Virus record (IMG/VR): IMGVR_UViG_3300045988_166613
Location: 1 to 64,000 of that record
Source: a virus
Reading direction: 5' to 3' (one strand)
DNA length: 64,000 bases
Positions 35,841-45,868 of this stretch are shown here, piece after piece (within the stretch, counting starts at the first letter, position 1; every line of letters starts with the position of its first letter). Both the position numbers and the translations under genes were made by a program. The notes beneath the pieces were generated by a model. That model saw nothing but the letters and a program-made list of their open reading frames with translations. It did not search any database and was not told where the DNA came from.

Positions 35841-36281
35841 CTATTTATTCACCTCGTTTTGAAGTTTCATATGTGAATATCTAGTCATCCAATATTCAAA
35901 TTGTTCTTCTGATTCTCTATATAGATTCATTATTTCTCTTAATTGATTTGCTTCTGATATAGTGTTATACTCTGAACTTTTTAGATTTTGTTTTAACCAT
36001 TGAGCATTATTCATGTATGGAGTAATCCATTCAGTTATTAATCCGTATATAAATATGTTTATTTCTGTATTAGATAACCTCCTATTAAACTCTCTTGTTT
36101 CAAAATTAATTTCTAGTTTATTATCTATAACATATTTTCCTAATACGAATTGTATATATCCATCTAAAGTTATTTGTAACATTTCTTTTGTGAATTTTGG
36201 TTGTAAATATTCATAACAAGTTATTTTTGGAAGAAAACCACTATAAACTTGCTCTAATTTTGTATTTTGAGGAGTTTCCAT
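35841..36281 (-). CDS. head-tail connector-like protein (assigned by position)
   Basis: 146-aa ORF with AAAGGAG RBS. Confidence 0.45.
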   Translation of the reverse strand: METPQNTKLEQVYSGFLPKITCYEYLQPKFTKEMLQITLDGYIQFVLGKYVIDNKLEINFETREFNRRLSNTEINIFIYGLITEWITPYMNNAQWLKQNLKSSEYNTISEANQLREIMNLYRESEEQFEYWMTRYSHMKLQNEVNK

Positions 36282-36300
36282 TTAAAACAACTCCTTTCTT

Positions 36301-36852
36301 CTAAATGTTTAATTTTCTTTTTAAAAATTCAACTAATACTCTACTATCAATTGAACCATCATTTATTTTTCTAATTATTTCAATAGATAAATCTGCTCTC
36401 ATATCTTTTGATAAACTATCTAAAACAGTAGCAATCTCTTCTCTATCTAGTTTTAAAAATTTATCAACATCTTTTATTTTTTCTATTAGATCATACTTTT
36501 CTTTTAATCCTAAATACTTAATTACTTCTTTATCTTCTATTATTAATAATGGTTGCTCTAAATATATTTCGCTAACGCTATTCATATTAACTAATTCCTC
36601 AACCTTTAACATAATAGAGTCTCCAGCTTTTTCCCATTTAACAAATCTACCATTTAATAAATAAACCCCTATAGAACCACTTGAAATTGAAGTAACCTTA
36701 ACTTTCTTATTTAATATCTTTTCTTCTTCATCAGCTTGATTAGTAGGCATAGAATTCATAAGTTCACTTTTTATTTGATTTGTTAATAAAGCAATTAATT
36801 CTGGTGATATTGAATTTAAGTCTATTGTCTGTTTTTCATCTTTTTTTGGCAT
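36301..36852 (-). CDS. hypothetical structural-module protein
   Basis: 183-aa ORF with GGAGAG RBS. Confidence 0.5.
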   Translation of the reverse strand: MPKKDEKQTIDLNSISPELIALLTNQIKSELMNSMPTNQADEEEKILNKKVKVTSISSGSIGVYLLNGRFVKWEKAGDSIMLKVEELVNMNSVSEIYLEQPLLIIEDKEVIKYLGLKEKYDLIEKIKDVDKFLKLDREEIATVLDSLSKDMRADLSIEIIRKINDGSIDSRVLVEFLKRKLNI

Positions 36853-36922
36853 TAATTTTATCTCTCCATTTCTTTAATTTATTTAATAAAGAGGAGTATT
36901 TAACCCCTCTTTATATCTTTTA

Positions 36923-37951
36923 TTATTTTGATTGGTCAGTAATTTTTAATAAACCAACTCCTGTAGTAAATAATACAGCAGCTCCCATTTCCCAGATAGT
37001 TGCAAATTCCATTGTCATATCCATGTTAGATACTCCATTTGTACATTCTTGTACCATTACACTACCTCTGTTTATTAATTTTATTGGTTTGTTATTTTCT
37101 GATGCTAAAATATAAATAGTATCTGCATCAAAAGCAAAATCAGTAGTTCCTTCTTTGAATACATTTGGTAAAGCTACACAGTTGTATCCATACCATTTAC
37201 CTATGTAACCATTATCATTCATTTCATCTTTTTGCTTATCTGAAGCAGCTTGCATATCTTGTAATCTAGCTAATGCTGTTTTAGTACCAACTAAAGAAAT
37301 CTTTTCTCCTTTGTTAGCAGCTTCAACTTTTGCTACAGTATTTAATATTGTATTTTTGTTGTATGCCCCTGAGTATTTGAACATACCAGGTACACCATCT
37401 ATTGCTTCTGCAAATTTTGTTGATATAAAGTCTTGTTTGAACTTCTTGATAGAATCTGCAACTTTAGCAAGTAATTCAGCCCAAGTTATTTGTCCAGTTA
37501 AGAATCTCTTTAAGTAATCATACATTTTTATGTAATAAGCATCTGTATCAACTGATACTTTTCCACCTTTATCAATTCTTTGTCTATCTAAGTCCCAATG
37601 ATCTCCTGAAACCTTACCTACTGTAAAATAACAATCATTTTTTATATCGTATTCTACTTTTTCATCTTCTCCAACTGTTCTTTCTTCAACAAACATTCTT
37701 TGGAAATCAGATAATTCATTGTTCTTTTGTCTTAATAAATCATCTTCTAATACTTCTGTGAATACTTCTGCTAATTCTCTACTATGGAAATATATTTGTT
37801 TTTTAGAAGGTTTGTCTGTACCTAATAATTCAAACATTTTCTTTCTTATTGCATTATTTCTATCTTCACTAGAAAAGTTTTCTATTTTTACCCCTCTAGC
37901 TTCATCTATACCTAATTTAATTAATGTTGATTGTATTTCTGTAAAATTCAT
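36923..37951 (-). CDS. major capsid protein
   Basis: About 342 aa, downstream of the scaffold and decoration-like genes and followed by a hairpin. ATG 37951 after GGAGGAA is preferred over 37969. Confidence 0.6.
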   Translation of the reverse strand: MNFTEIQSTLIKLGIDEARGVKIENFSSEDRNNAIRKKMFELLGTDKPSKKQIYFHSRELAEVFTEVLEDDLLRQKNNELSDFQRMFVEERTVGEDEKVEYDIKNDCYFTVGKVSGDHWDLDRQRIDKGGKVSVDTDAYYIKMYDYLKRFLTGQITWAELLAKVADSIKKFKQDFISTKFAEAIDGVPGMFKYSGAYNKNTILNTVAKVEAANKGEKISLVGTKTALARLQDMQAASDKQKDEMNDNGYIGKWYGYNCVALPNVFKEGTTDFAFDADTIYILASENNKPIKLINRGSVMVQECTNGVSNMDMTMEFATIWEMGAAVLFTTGVGLLKITDQSK

Positions 37952-37984
37952 ATTGTTTATTTCCTCCATTCGTTGTTATTTTTC

Positions 37985-38551
37985 TTATAATGATTTAACG
38001 TAAACTTTAACCATTTGATATTGTACTTTTGATAATTTATTTAAATAGAATAAGTCTTTAAAAGCTTGTCTAACTTTAATAACTTCTAATACAATACCGT
38101 TATTTTCTGGTGGAAGTGTAGCTACAGCTTTATATTTCATATTTGCTTGTGGTATTAAGAATTTAGCTTTACTTAAATCTGAAACTCCACTATCTAAAGT
38201 TATTAAGTTATCTGAGATTTCAAAGTTATCTCCTACTGCTAAATCATATTCATCAGCTACTTTTCCTTGTGGTATATAAAAATCTTGTAATCCATTAATT
38301 TCTGCTCTACCAGGAACGTGTTGGAAAATTTCAGGTGAAGCAATTATACCTATTCTTCCTCCTTTTGTTGGATCTCCAACTTTTCTTATATCAGTTTCTC
38401 CTTTTGCTAAATCTCCAACGGCAACTATCATTCCGTTTTCTAATCCTGTTTCTGCTTCAGCTAATACTGATGCAGCATGTCCCACTCTTGTTGATCTTAC
38501 GTTTGAAGTATTACAAACTCCATATTTTACTTTGCTTATTGTTTGTACCAT
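37985..38551 (-). CDS. capsid-associated protein (decoration- or scaffold-like, by position)
   Basis: 188-aa ORF between the scaffold-like and capsid genes. Confidence 0.45.
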   Translation of the reverse strand: MVQTISKVKYGVCNTSNVRSTRVGHAASVLAEAETGLENGMIVAVGDLAKGETDIRKVGDPTKGGRIGIIASPEIFQHVPGRAEINGLQDFYIPQGKVADEYDLAVGDNFEISDNLITLDSGVSDLSKAKFLIPQANMKYKAVATLPPENNGIVLEVIKVRQAFKDLFYLNKLSKVQYQMVKVYVKSL

Positions 38552-38575
38552 TAAAATTTCCTCGCTTTCATATTA

Positions 38576-40015
38576 TTATTTAATACCTATACCATATCTT
38601 TTTTCGGCTTCTGATAATTCATTTTTACCTTCATCGCCTTCTAATCTTAGAGATACAGTATCGTCTTTTTCTTTAACATTTTTTTTCATAGAAAAATTCT
38701 TCTTGCCTATTAAAACATAGAATTCTTTTTCTAAATCTTCTAAACTAAATTCACTTGCTTTATTTTTTATTTCAGCAAATCCTTCTATTGTTTCTAAGTC
38801 TTTGAATTTCTCAAATAATTCTGTTTCTTTTCTATTTCTTTCTTTTTTTTCAAATTCAACTTTAAATTCTTCTAAAGCCTTCTTATCATTTTCAACTTTT
38901 TCAAATTCAGCTTTTAAAGTTTTATATTCTTCTGTTTCGGTCGCTACAAAAGACTTTTTCACTTCTTCTATTTCTTTTTGATAATGTTCAGTTTCTTTAT
39001 TTATGATAGATGAGAAATATTCCTTAGATTCAGAAGTTGATTCTTCTTTTCCTTTAAATTTTCTCCAATCTCCTCTAACATATCTTGTAGCCTCATCAAA
39101 TTTTAAAGTGGCTTCATCACCTTCTAAAGAATAAGGTATTCCATAGAATTTACCCCAATCTTGACTACTTTCAGCTATTATTAGATTTTCTTCTGGTATA
39201 ACATCTTGAAAATAATACATTGGATAGTTTTCTACTTCACCCCATGAATATGTGTATTCATAAGTGTTTTCTTTTAATTTTTCTCTAAGTCTATCTTTTA
39301 AATCTTCTACACTCATAGAAAAATCTTTTTTAACAGTTTTTGCTCCCATTTCATTCCCTCCTTTTTTATTAATTGCTTCTAGTATTTCACTAAATTTCAT
39401 AGTAAAATCTTTTGTTTGTTCTGCTTTAGTAAATAATGATATTTCAGCGTTACTTCCCATTGCTGGAGGATATTCAGCCCCTAAAACAGTGATACCTAAG
39501 TATTTAAAGTCTTTTACATGATAAAACCCATCAACTTCATCTTCATAACCATCTAAGACTTCAATTTCCATAGATATCTTTTTTCTTCCATCATTATTTT
39601 TTAATATTTCTACTGCTTCACTGCAATAAACATTATATAGATAACCATTAACACAAACCCAATTATATCCATCTATCTCTTCAATAGAATAATCACAACT
39701 TTCAGGTACAGCCCCTATTGGTTGTTCTATGTAAATAGGTTTAAATTCTATAGAACCATCTGCATTAACAATCTTATATTCAACTTCATGTCCTTTAAAA
39801 TCTTCTTTTTCATTATCTTCATTTATTTCATAAGCTGCTACGATAGGTTTATTTTTTATACTATTTTCAGCTTTTGTAAATGAATCTAATTCAAAATATA
39901 AACCATTGGGATTTTCTCTATCATGACAAACTTGAATTCTTGATGGGGCTAAATCATCTTGACTTGTATCAATAGTAAATTTACTAATTGGTATTGAAAA
40001 TATCTTATTTTCCAA
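38576..40015 (-). CDS. scaffolding or prohead-maturation protein
   Basis: 479 aa. The C-terminal half is a highly charged E/K-rich coiled coil. TTG start after GGAGGTGA. Lies after the portal gene. Confidence 0.5.
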   Translation of the reverse strand: MENKIFSIPISKFTIDTSQDDLAPSRIQVCHDRENPNGLYFELDSFTKAENSIKNKPIVAAYEINEDNEKEDFKGHEVEYKIVNADGSIEFKPIYIEQPIGAVPESCDYSIEEIDGYNWVCVNGYLYNVYCSEAVEILKNNDGRKKISMEIEVLDGYEDEVDGFYHVKDFKYLGITVLGAEYPPAMGSNAEISLFTKAEQTKDFTMKFSEILEAINKKGGNEMGAKTVKKDFSMSVEDLKDRLREKLKENTYEYTYSWGEVENYPMYYFQDVIPEENLIIAESSQDWGKFYGIPYSLEGDEATLKFDEATRYVRGDWRKFKGKEESTSESKEYFSSIINKETEHYQKEIEEVKKSFVATETEEYKTLKAEFEKVENDKKALEEFKVEFEKKERNRKETELFEKFKDLETIEGFAEIKNKASEFSLEDLEKEFYVLIGKKNFSMKKNVKEKDDTVSLRLEGDEGKNELSEAEKRYGIGIK

Positions 40016-40064
40016 TTTCTCACCTCCTTTTAAAAGGATAATTTTATTTAATTATTTAATTTAT

Positions 40065-40238
40065 TTAAAAATGCAATCTATTTGATTGGAATACATTTTT
40101 ATTTGACATCTTTAAATTTTTAGGATTTGTAAATAAATACACCTTTTCACCTTTTATAGTTTCAGTTCCTACAAACTTAAATCCTTGTTTAATTAACATT
40201 TCTTTAGTTTTTTCATCTGTACATTTTATAAAATTCAT
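40065..40238 (-). CDS. small hypothetical protein
   Basis: ATG 40238 after AGTAGGTG. Confidence 0.4.
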   Translation of the reverse strand: MNFIKCTDEKTKEMLIKQGFKFVGTETIKGEKVYLFTNPKNLKMSNKNVFQSNRLHF

Positions 40239-40247
40239 CTTAAACAC

Positions 40248-41768
40248 CTACTTTTTATTATTATCATCTCTAACTCTAGTTGTTTCTCCAGCATCTGTTA
40301 AATCTCCAGTATCTTTCCTTGGTCTCCCCTTATCTTCATTACCATTTTGAGTATGTGAAGAATTAAGAGGTTTCCATGTTTCATGAGTTTTAAGTATCTC
40401 ATTTTCTAAGAAATTTAATCCCATTATAGTTGCTGGTTGTAAACCTAAAGAAGCTGTATATAAAGTTTTACATGGTGCTGACATTTGAGAACCTTGTAAA
40501 TATCTATCTTGAACTTCTTTTTCATTAAAAGTAGTTATATCTAATAATTGTATGTATATCTTACCGCCATATAATTTATTAAATTTTCTATTTAACCATG
40601 TTTCAAATTGTCTATATAAAGAAAAACATTTACCTAAGTTATATTTTGTAGAGTATTCTAATGCACTTCCTGTAGCATCTACCCCAAATAATGCGGGTGC
40701 AAAAGCACTTGAACTAAATAATAATTTCTCAGCTTTTAAAATTTCATCTTCTTTAGCGACTCCCTGTGTTTGGAATTTTACTTCTTCCGCATCCATCGGA
40801 GTTGTTACTGCTGCAACACTATCTGGTAATTGTTCATTTAATAATTCCATATATGTTTGAATCATATTTAAAGATAAAAGAAAATCATCTGGTTTCTCAC
40901 CTTTCTTATTTAAAGGTATCTTAAATACGAGCATTTTTAATAAATCTGCTTTAACCTTATCTTTATTTAATCCTTTATAATCTTTTAAGTTATATAAATC
41001 ATCAAACAAACTTACATATGGAGGTAAACAATAATCCAATTCATCATTAAACCATTTTACACATATACTTTTATAAGGATCTAATTCTTGCCATTGATAA
41101 TCTGCATTATATCCGCTATTTTTATATATTACATATTTATTAGTAAATTCTTTTGGATAAGATGTTTTTAATAAATCTTCTCTACCCATAAAATAACTAA
41201 AATCAAATGCAAAATTTAAACAACTATCAAACGAAGTTATCTTGCAATATTTAGGATTTAAAGCTTTGATAAAATAATTCTTTGTACTTTCTACTTCATA
41301 TCCGTAAAAAATATCATATTTACTCATTTGTAAAGTTGCTTTTAAAAATTCTTCTTCTATATTCATTTTTAATAGTTTATTACTTGCTTTTATGTATGCT
41401 TTTTTAACATCATCAACCTTAAATTCTTTACCATCTTTATTAGGTATTGGTATTATTACTGACCTAAATAAACACATTCTAGGTATAGCTTCTACTAAAT
41501 TTTGATATTGAGGGCTTGTACCCATTAAATTTTGAGATATATCTCTTAATTCTTGTTGATAACTTTTTGGATTGTTAATCATTTGATTTATTTGTTGAGG
41601 TGTATATTCTCCAGCAAGATTTAAATTATACATCACTTCATTTTGTATCGTTTGTCCAAAAGGATATAATTTTCTAGTAAAATTTAATATTTCCCTAGCT
41701 TTATCTTCCGTAGATTTATTATCAAAAGCATCTTTTTTATAATCTTTTTTCTTACCTATTTTTCTCAC
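40248..41768 (-). CDS. portal protein
   Basis: 506 aa, directly downstream of TerL (GTGA overlap). Size and position are typical. The start codon is uncertain. Confidence 0.65.
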   Translation of the reverse strand: MRKIGKKKDYKKDAFDNKSTEDKAREILNFTRKLYPFGQTIQNEVMYNLNLAGEYTPQQINQMINNPKSYQQELRDISQNLMGTSPQYQNLVEAIPRMCLFRSVIIPIPNKDGKEFKVDDVKKAYIKASNKLLKMNIEEEFLKATLQMSKYDIFYGYEVESTKNYFIKALNPKYCKITSFDSCLNFAFDFSYFMGREDLLKTSYPKEFTNKYVIYKNSGYNADYQWQELDPYKSICVKWFNDELDYCLPPYVSLFDDLYNLKDYKGLNKDKVKADLLKMLVFKIPLNKKGEKPDDFLLSLNMIQTYMELLNEQLPDSVAAVTTPMDAEEVKFQTQGVAKEDEILKAEKLLFSSSAFAPALFGVDATGSALEYSTKYNLGKCFSLYRQFETWLNRKFNKLYGGKIYIQLLDITTFNEKEVQDRYLQGSQMSAPCKTLYTASLGLQPATIMGLNFLENEILKTHETWKPLNSSHTQNGNEDKGRPRKDTGDLTDAGETTRVRDDNNKK

Positions 41769-42952
41769 CTCCCAAACTTTTGTGTTTTAAAGAAGAATAA
41801 ATCTTCCGCTTTTATCTCTGACTCTTCTTGTTTTGGTTTATCTTCGTATGTTTTTATATAATATAATAAATATGCTACCGCTGAATATCTATCTTTATCC
41901 ATTGTCTTAGTGTTTCTTTCTACGGTTAATTTTCCCCCATTCAATGTTTTTAATGAAAGATTCGCAACTTCTTCTATGAAAAAGTCTGTTTGTATAGAAG
42001 GTAAAAAGCTATTCATCATGTAATCTTGATTACTTAAATCAACTTTTGCTTGGTCTACCTTATCTAATAATTGCAACTTACCACTTTCAACCATATTCAT
42101 AAAATTAACTATAACATCAGTATTAATACCCTGAGCATTTACCCCAAATACACATTTTCTTGCATCTGCCTCATCGCTTTCGTGATCTGTATTTATAGTA
42201 TCGTAAGCTTCTAATTCTTCACCTGTAATTGGATCTATATGAACTTTCATTAATTCATCTAATAAGCCTATACCTAAACCATTAATATCTATAGCAATCA
42301 TAATCGCATTAAACGCTTTTCTTAATCTCTTAACAGCAATAGCTTGTCCGGTAAAGTTCATTCCATTTGGAAGGTTAATCATATTAACTAACTTAACATT
42401 TCTAACCCTTTCATTTTTATCTCTTTTTACTTTTCCTATAACTATAGAAGTTTGGTTATTGCTTGTTTTAGCTGAACGAGCTACATCGACAGCCATATAA
42501 TACTCTGATTTTCCATCACCTTTTAATTCTGCTTTTGGTAAAACTCTTAGTTCCAATAGTTTATTTACATCTACTATACAGTTTTCATTTGAACCTACCC
42601 ATCTACTTTCATAGTTGGTTGCAAAGAAAATAGGTGATAATCTTTCTTTTTTTGCTAATATTTGAGTTTTTGTCTCGCCTCTACCATATTCACAAGCTAA
42701 TTGCCAATCTGAACCTATAACAATTTTCCCTTTTAAGTCTGCCATATCATCTAGCATTCTTAAACTTCTTTCATATTCAGTATTTTTAAAATATGCTGTT
42801 GTCAAGAAATGCATTTGACCATTCATTTCTTCAGGATTAATTAAAGAACTACCTATAGTTCTTCTTGGTATATTAGGGATTGGTTCAAGTGCATCTTGGA
42901 ATAGTTCATCATTAAGTAGAGCTGCTTCTTCAATATTTACAATTTTGTTACC
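41765..42952 (-). CDS. terL: terminase large subunit, exon 2 (Walker B + nuclease domain)
   Basis: Begins GNKIVNIEEAALLNDE (Walker B-like hhhhEE), in frame right after the intron-terminal G. Confidence 0.7.
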   Translation of the reverse strand, partial: GNKIVNIEEAALLNDELFQDALEPIPNIPRRTIGSSLINPEEMNGQMHFLTTAYFKNTEYERSLRMLDDMADLKGKIVIGSDWQLACEYGRGETKTQILAKKERLSPIFFATNYESRWVGSNENCIVDVNKLLELRVLPKAELKGDGKSEYYMAVDVARSAKTSNNQTSIVIGKVKRDKNERVRNVKLVNMINLPNGMNFTGQAIAVKRLRKAFNAIMIAIDINGLGIGLLDELMKVHIDPITGEELEAYDTINTDHESDEADARKCVFGVNAQGINTDVIVNFMNMVESGKLQLLDKVDQAKVDLSNQDYMMNSFLPSIQTDFFIEEVANLSLKTLNGGKLTVERNTKTMDKDRYSAVAYLLYYIKTYEDKPKQEESEIKAEDLFFFKTQKFGR

Positions 42953-43202
42953 CATAAGGCTTTTTATCCTTATGTTCTTATAGTTTCCTATAAGTTCAGC
43001 GTACATTTTCATCTTCAACATTACTTGTTAAGATGGTGAACACTCTTGGAAGGATTATATTTATTCACCTTCTACGCGTTACGGTGGATTATAGCCTTTC
43101 GCAATCTATAATCTTACCTCGGTATTATCATATCTTTGCAGACTTAGATTTCACCGATTTTGCTCACTTATTATTCAATATATTTCTACATTGAACGGCT
43201 AA
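42953..43202 (-). mobile_element. ORF-less group I-type intron in the terminase large subunit gene (junctions within about 4 nt)
   Basis: Splits the TerL ATPase between Walker A and Walker B. GC-richer than the flanks. Ends in G. Paralogous to the TMP intron. Confidence 0.6.
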
Positions 43203-43775
43203 AATTAACCTATGTCTTCTTAATCCTTTACTTGATTGAGCATTTGCTAAATTGGTTATTACAGCTCCACTGGCAAAAGTAATCTCTACGGTATCTTTGG
43301 AGATATTAGCCTGCACTATTTCATTTTTTAATAAAGGGTAAAACTTTAATATTTCTCTATGTTTTTCATTAAATAATTTTGCACTAGCTTCACGAGTTTG
43401 TGCGGACATTGATAAGGTTATATCTGGGAATAACACTGCCGTTATGTACATTGCTAATAATTCAACGAAAGTTTTCCCATATCCTCTAGGAAATGTTCCA
43501 TATATAGATACAAATCTTATCATACATCTTAAAAACACTCTTTGATCTAAATCTAATCTAATTCCTCCTTCTTCTGGAGTTATTAAATCTAAAAAAAGGT
43601 CTGGAAACCATTTAGCCCAAACCATAAAATCACACCATTTATCAAGATTTTTTTCAAAAGTTCCTTGCTGCTTATTACTTTTTGCCGATACATTACTTTG
43701 AAAATTAGGGTTATATATATCCGTTCTGCTTTTAGAGTGCATATCATTTTGTCTAAAATTTTCTATTCCACTCAT
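43203..43775 (-). CDS. terL: terminase large subunit, exon 1 (Walker A)
   Basis: FPRGYGKTF Walker A, and ...AQSSKGLRRHRLI at the junction. The stop at 43164-43166 lies inside the conserved intron block. Confidence 0.7.
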
Positions 43776-43778
43776 ATT

Positions 43779-44717
43779 TTATTCCTCGAACTCAAACTCT
43801 TTATTTTCTTCTTTTTGATATTCTTTCTTTCTATCATCTAAAAATCTATAAATATCTTTATATTCTGCATCTGGCAAATTCTTTAATCTTCTTACATAGT
43901 TGACATAACACCATAAAGTGAAATCAACTTTATCTTGAGGTCTTTCTTTAAATCTTGGTAAAATATCTAATATGTCTCTAGCCTTTTCAACAGCTCTTGC
44001 TAATTCACCAAATCCATTTAATCCTCCACTTAAATCTGCTTTAGATAATTGAGATGGATTTATTTTAGCTGATTGTGCAGCTTTATCGGCTAAACTTCCC
44101 CATTTTTGAGCTTCTCCAACATTACCATTAGCCGTAGCCATTTCTTCTTTAACTCTATATCTTACATAAGTGCATAGTGCTTCTGTATGCATAGCTGTTC
44201 TTAAAGGGTAATTGTCCTTTAATAAATTAAATTTTTTCTCAAACATTATTAATTCTTGGTCTGAATATCCAAATCCCCATTTTTCAGTTAAATTCATTCT
44301 TTCATAATTATTTATTCCGAGTTTAGGAGTTATACTAACTCCTTTTGCTTCAACTAAATCATCTTCTTTATCAAATACACTATCTGAATATTGTAATATT
44401 CTATAATCTTTTAATCCTAAATCTTTAAAATAAAATCCTATGATTCTCTTATTATTTCCTTTATATTTTTCTACATTTTTTACAAATACATCATGTAAAT
44501 AAGGTCTATTAATCTGCATAAGCATTTGTTTAAACTTTTCAATATCTATCTCTTTATTACCATTTAAAGATTTTCCATAACAACAATCTTTGCAAAATGG
44601 TAGTAAACCAGATGTTGTAGCTCCGAAACTTTTATAAAAATCTTTTGGTGATTTCTCTTTATCACAACCAGTACAATAAACCTTTTCTTTATCTGTATAT
44701 TCTGTTTTTTTAGCCAA
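43779..44717 (-). CDS. terminase small subunit candidate (N-terminal Cys-rich motif)
   Basis: 312 aa, immediately upstream of TerL. CTGCDK...CKDCC motif. TTG start after GGAGGAG. Confidence 0.4.
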   Translation of the reverse strand: MAKKTEYTDKEKVYCTGCDKEKSPKDFYKSFGATTSGLLPFCKDCCYGKSLNGNKEIDIEKFKQMLMQINRPYLHDVFVKNVEKYKGNNKRIIGFYFKDLGLKDYRILQYSDSVFDKEDDLVEAKGVSITPKLGINNYERMNLTEKWGFGYSDQELIMFEKKFNLLKDNYPLRTAMHTEALCTYVRYRVKEEMATANGNVGEAQKWGSLADKAAQSAKINPSQLSKADLSGGLNGFGELARAVEKARDILDILPRFKERPQDKVDFTLWCYVNYVRRLKNLPDAEYKDIYRFLDDRKKEYQKEENKEFEFEE

Positions 44718-44781
44718 ATATAACTCCTCCTTTCTAAAATAATCTCAATAAAAGACACCTATTAATTAGGTGTCCTATAGT

Positions 44782-45123
44782 TCAAATTATTTCTTTTAAT
44801 ATTGATAATGGTGCAATTATTCCATTGGTATAACTATTTATAGATGGTTGAATAATTGACCAATATATATCTTTATTGTCCTTTAATTGTTGGTTAAAGG
44901 ATTTAGTTAATAAACCTATATTACCTTTTATACCTCTAGCATTTTCTTTTAAGGTTATACATTTAATCCTTATTTCTCTCTTTTTATCTTTGGTATAATT
45001 AGAAAACTCAGCCTTATCTTTATGAATAACACTTTCCTTGAATACATTTAATTCTTTAATGTATTTGAAAGTTTCTTTAATATCTTCTTGATCTTTACAA
45101 TAAACTATTATTTCATCTCTCAT
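44782..45123 (-). CDS. hypothetical protein
   Basis: 113-aa ORF with AAGGTGAG RBS. Confidence 0.5.
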   Translation of the reverse strand: MRDEIIVYCKDQEDIKETFKYIKELNVFKESVIHKDKAEFSNYTKDKKREIRIKCITLKENARGIKGNIGLLTKSFNQQLKDNKDIYWSIIQPSINSYTNGIIAPLSILKEII

Positions 45124-45157
45124 TTTCTCACCTTACACTTTATATAAAATCATTGAT

Positions 45158-45286
45158 TTATCTTAATGTTTCTTTATTACATTTCTTACATTTAAAATAT
45201 CCTCTAAACCTATTTTTCATATCTCCATAAGCAGGTACTATTAATTCCCATTCATGTTTACAAAATAATCTTTTAAACAACTTCAT
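45158..45286 (-). CDS. small Cys-rich protein (42 aa, below the ORF-track cutoff)
   Basis: AAGGAGAT RBS followed by ATG 45286. My translation is MKLFKRLFCKHEWELIVPAYGDMKNRFRGYFKCKKCNKETLR. Confidence 0.4.
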   Translation of the reverse strand: MKLFKRLFCKHEWELIVPAYGDMKNRFRGYFKCKKCNKETLR

Positions 45287-45296
45287 ATTTATCTCC

Positions 45297-45854
45297 TTAT
45301 TTTACTAAGCTTAATAATCTGATTATGTCTTTGGGTTGATGTCCATCCCATTTAGGTGCAAAATCTAAATTCTTAACCTTAAACATATCCCAACAATCCT
45401 TATGATAATGATATGTATAATTTCCTTCATCCGTAGTTATTCCTACTATAAAATAATCATCGAACATAGTTCCATCTGAATGCTTCCAAGATTTCCACGC
45501 TTTATCTTTATAAGTATTACAAATTACTGAGAATAAAATCATTCTATGATAATAAAGTTCATCAAAAGTATGATAACCATCACTTATTTTACCTATAAAT
45601 TTTTCCGGTAAATACTTTTCTATAAACTCTTCTTCTTTTAATATTTCAAAATCTTTATTAAATTTGACAATATATTCTCCCATTTTAACATCTAATATTT
45701 CATTTATAGTCAACTTCACAATTCCATTAGCGCTTATTATAGGTTTTACTTTAAGTGGTTTACAAAATTGTTCAATTTCATTTAATTTACTATATTGCCC
45801 ATCAAATCTAATGGCTTCAATTTTATTTGGTTTATGTATATATTTATTATCCAT
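45297..45854 (-). CDS. hypothetical protein
   Basis: 185-aa ORF with AAGGAGTG RBS. Confidence 0.55.
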   Translation of the reverse strand: MDNKYIHKPNKIEAIRFDGQYSKLNEIEQFCKPLKVKPIISANGIVKLTINEILDVKMGEYIVKFNKDFEILKEEEFIEKYLPEKFIGKISDGYHTFDELYYHRMILFSVICNTYKDKAWKSWKHSDGTMFDDYFIVGITTDEGNYTYHYHKDCWDMFKVKNLDFAPKWDGHQPKDIIRLLSLVK

Positions 45855-45868
45855 AAGTTTTACACTCC

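Noticed and set aside
43164-43775. Reading the two TerL pieces, and likewise the two TMP pieces, as naturally separate genes.
   Set aside because: The split falls between Walker A and Walker B of a single ATPase domain. The apparent stop codon lies inside sequence conserved with the TMP insert, and the downstream frames are open exactly back to the insert-terminal G.
44564-44758. 64-aa minus-strand ORF overlapping the 5' end of the TerS candidate in another frame.
   Set aside because: It has no RBS and is almost entirely contained in a longer ORF with a good TTG/RBS start. The product is implausible.
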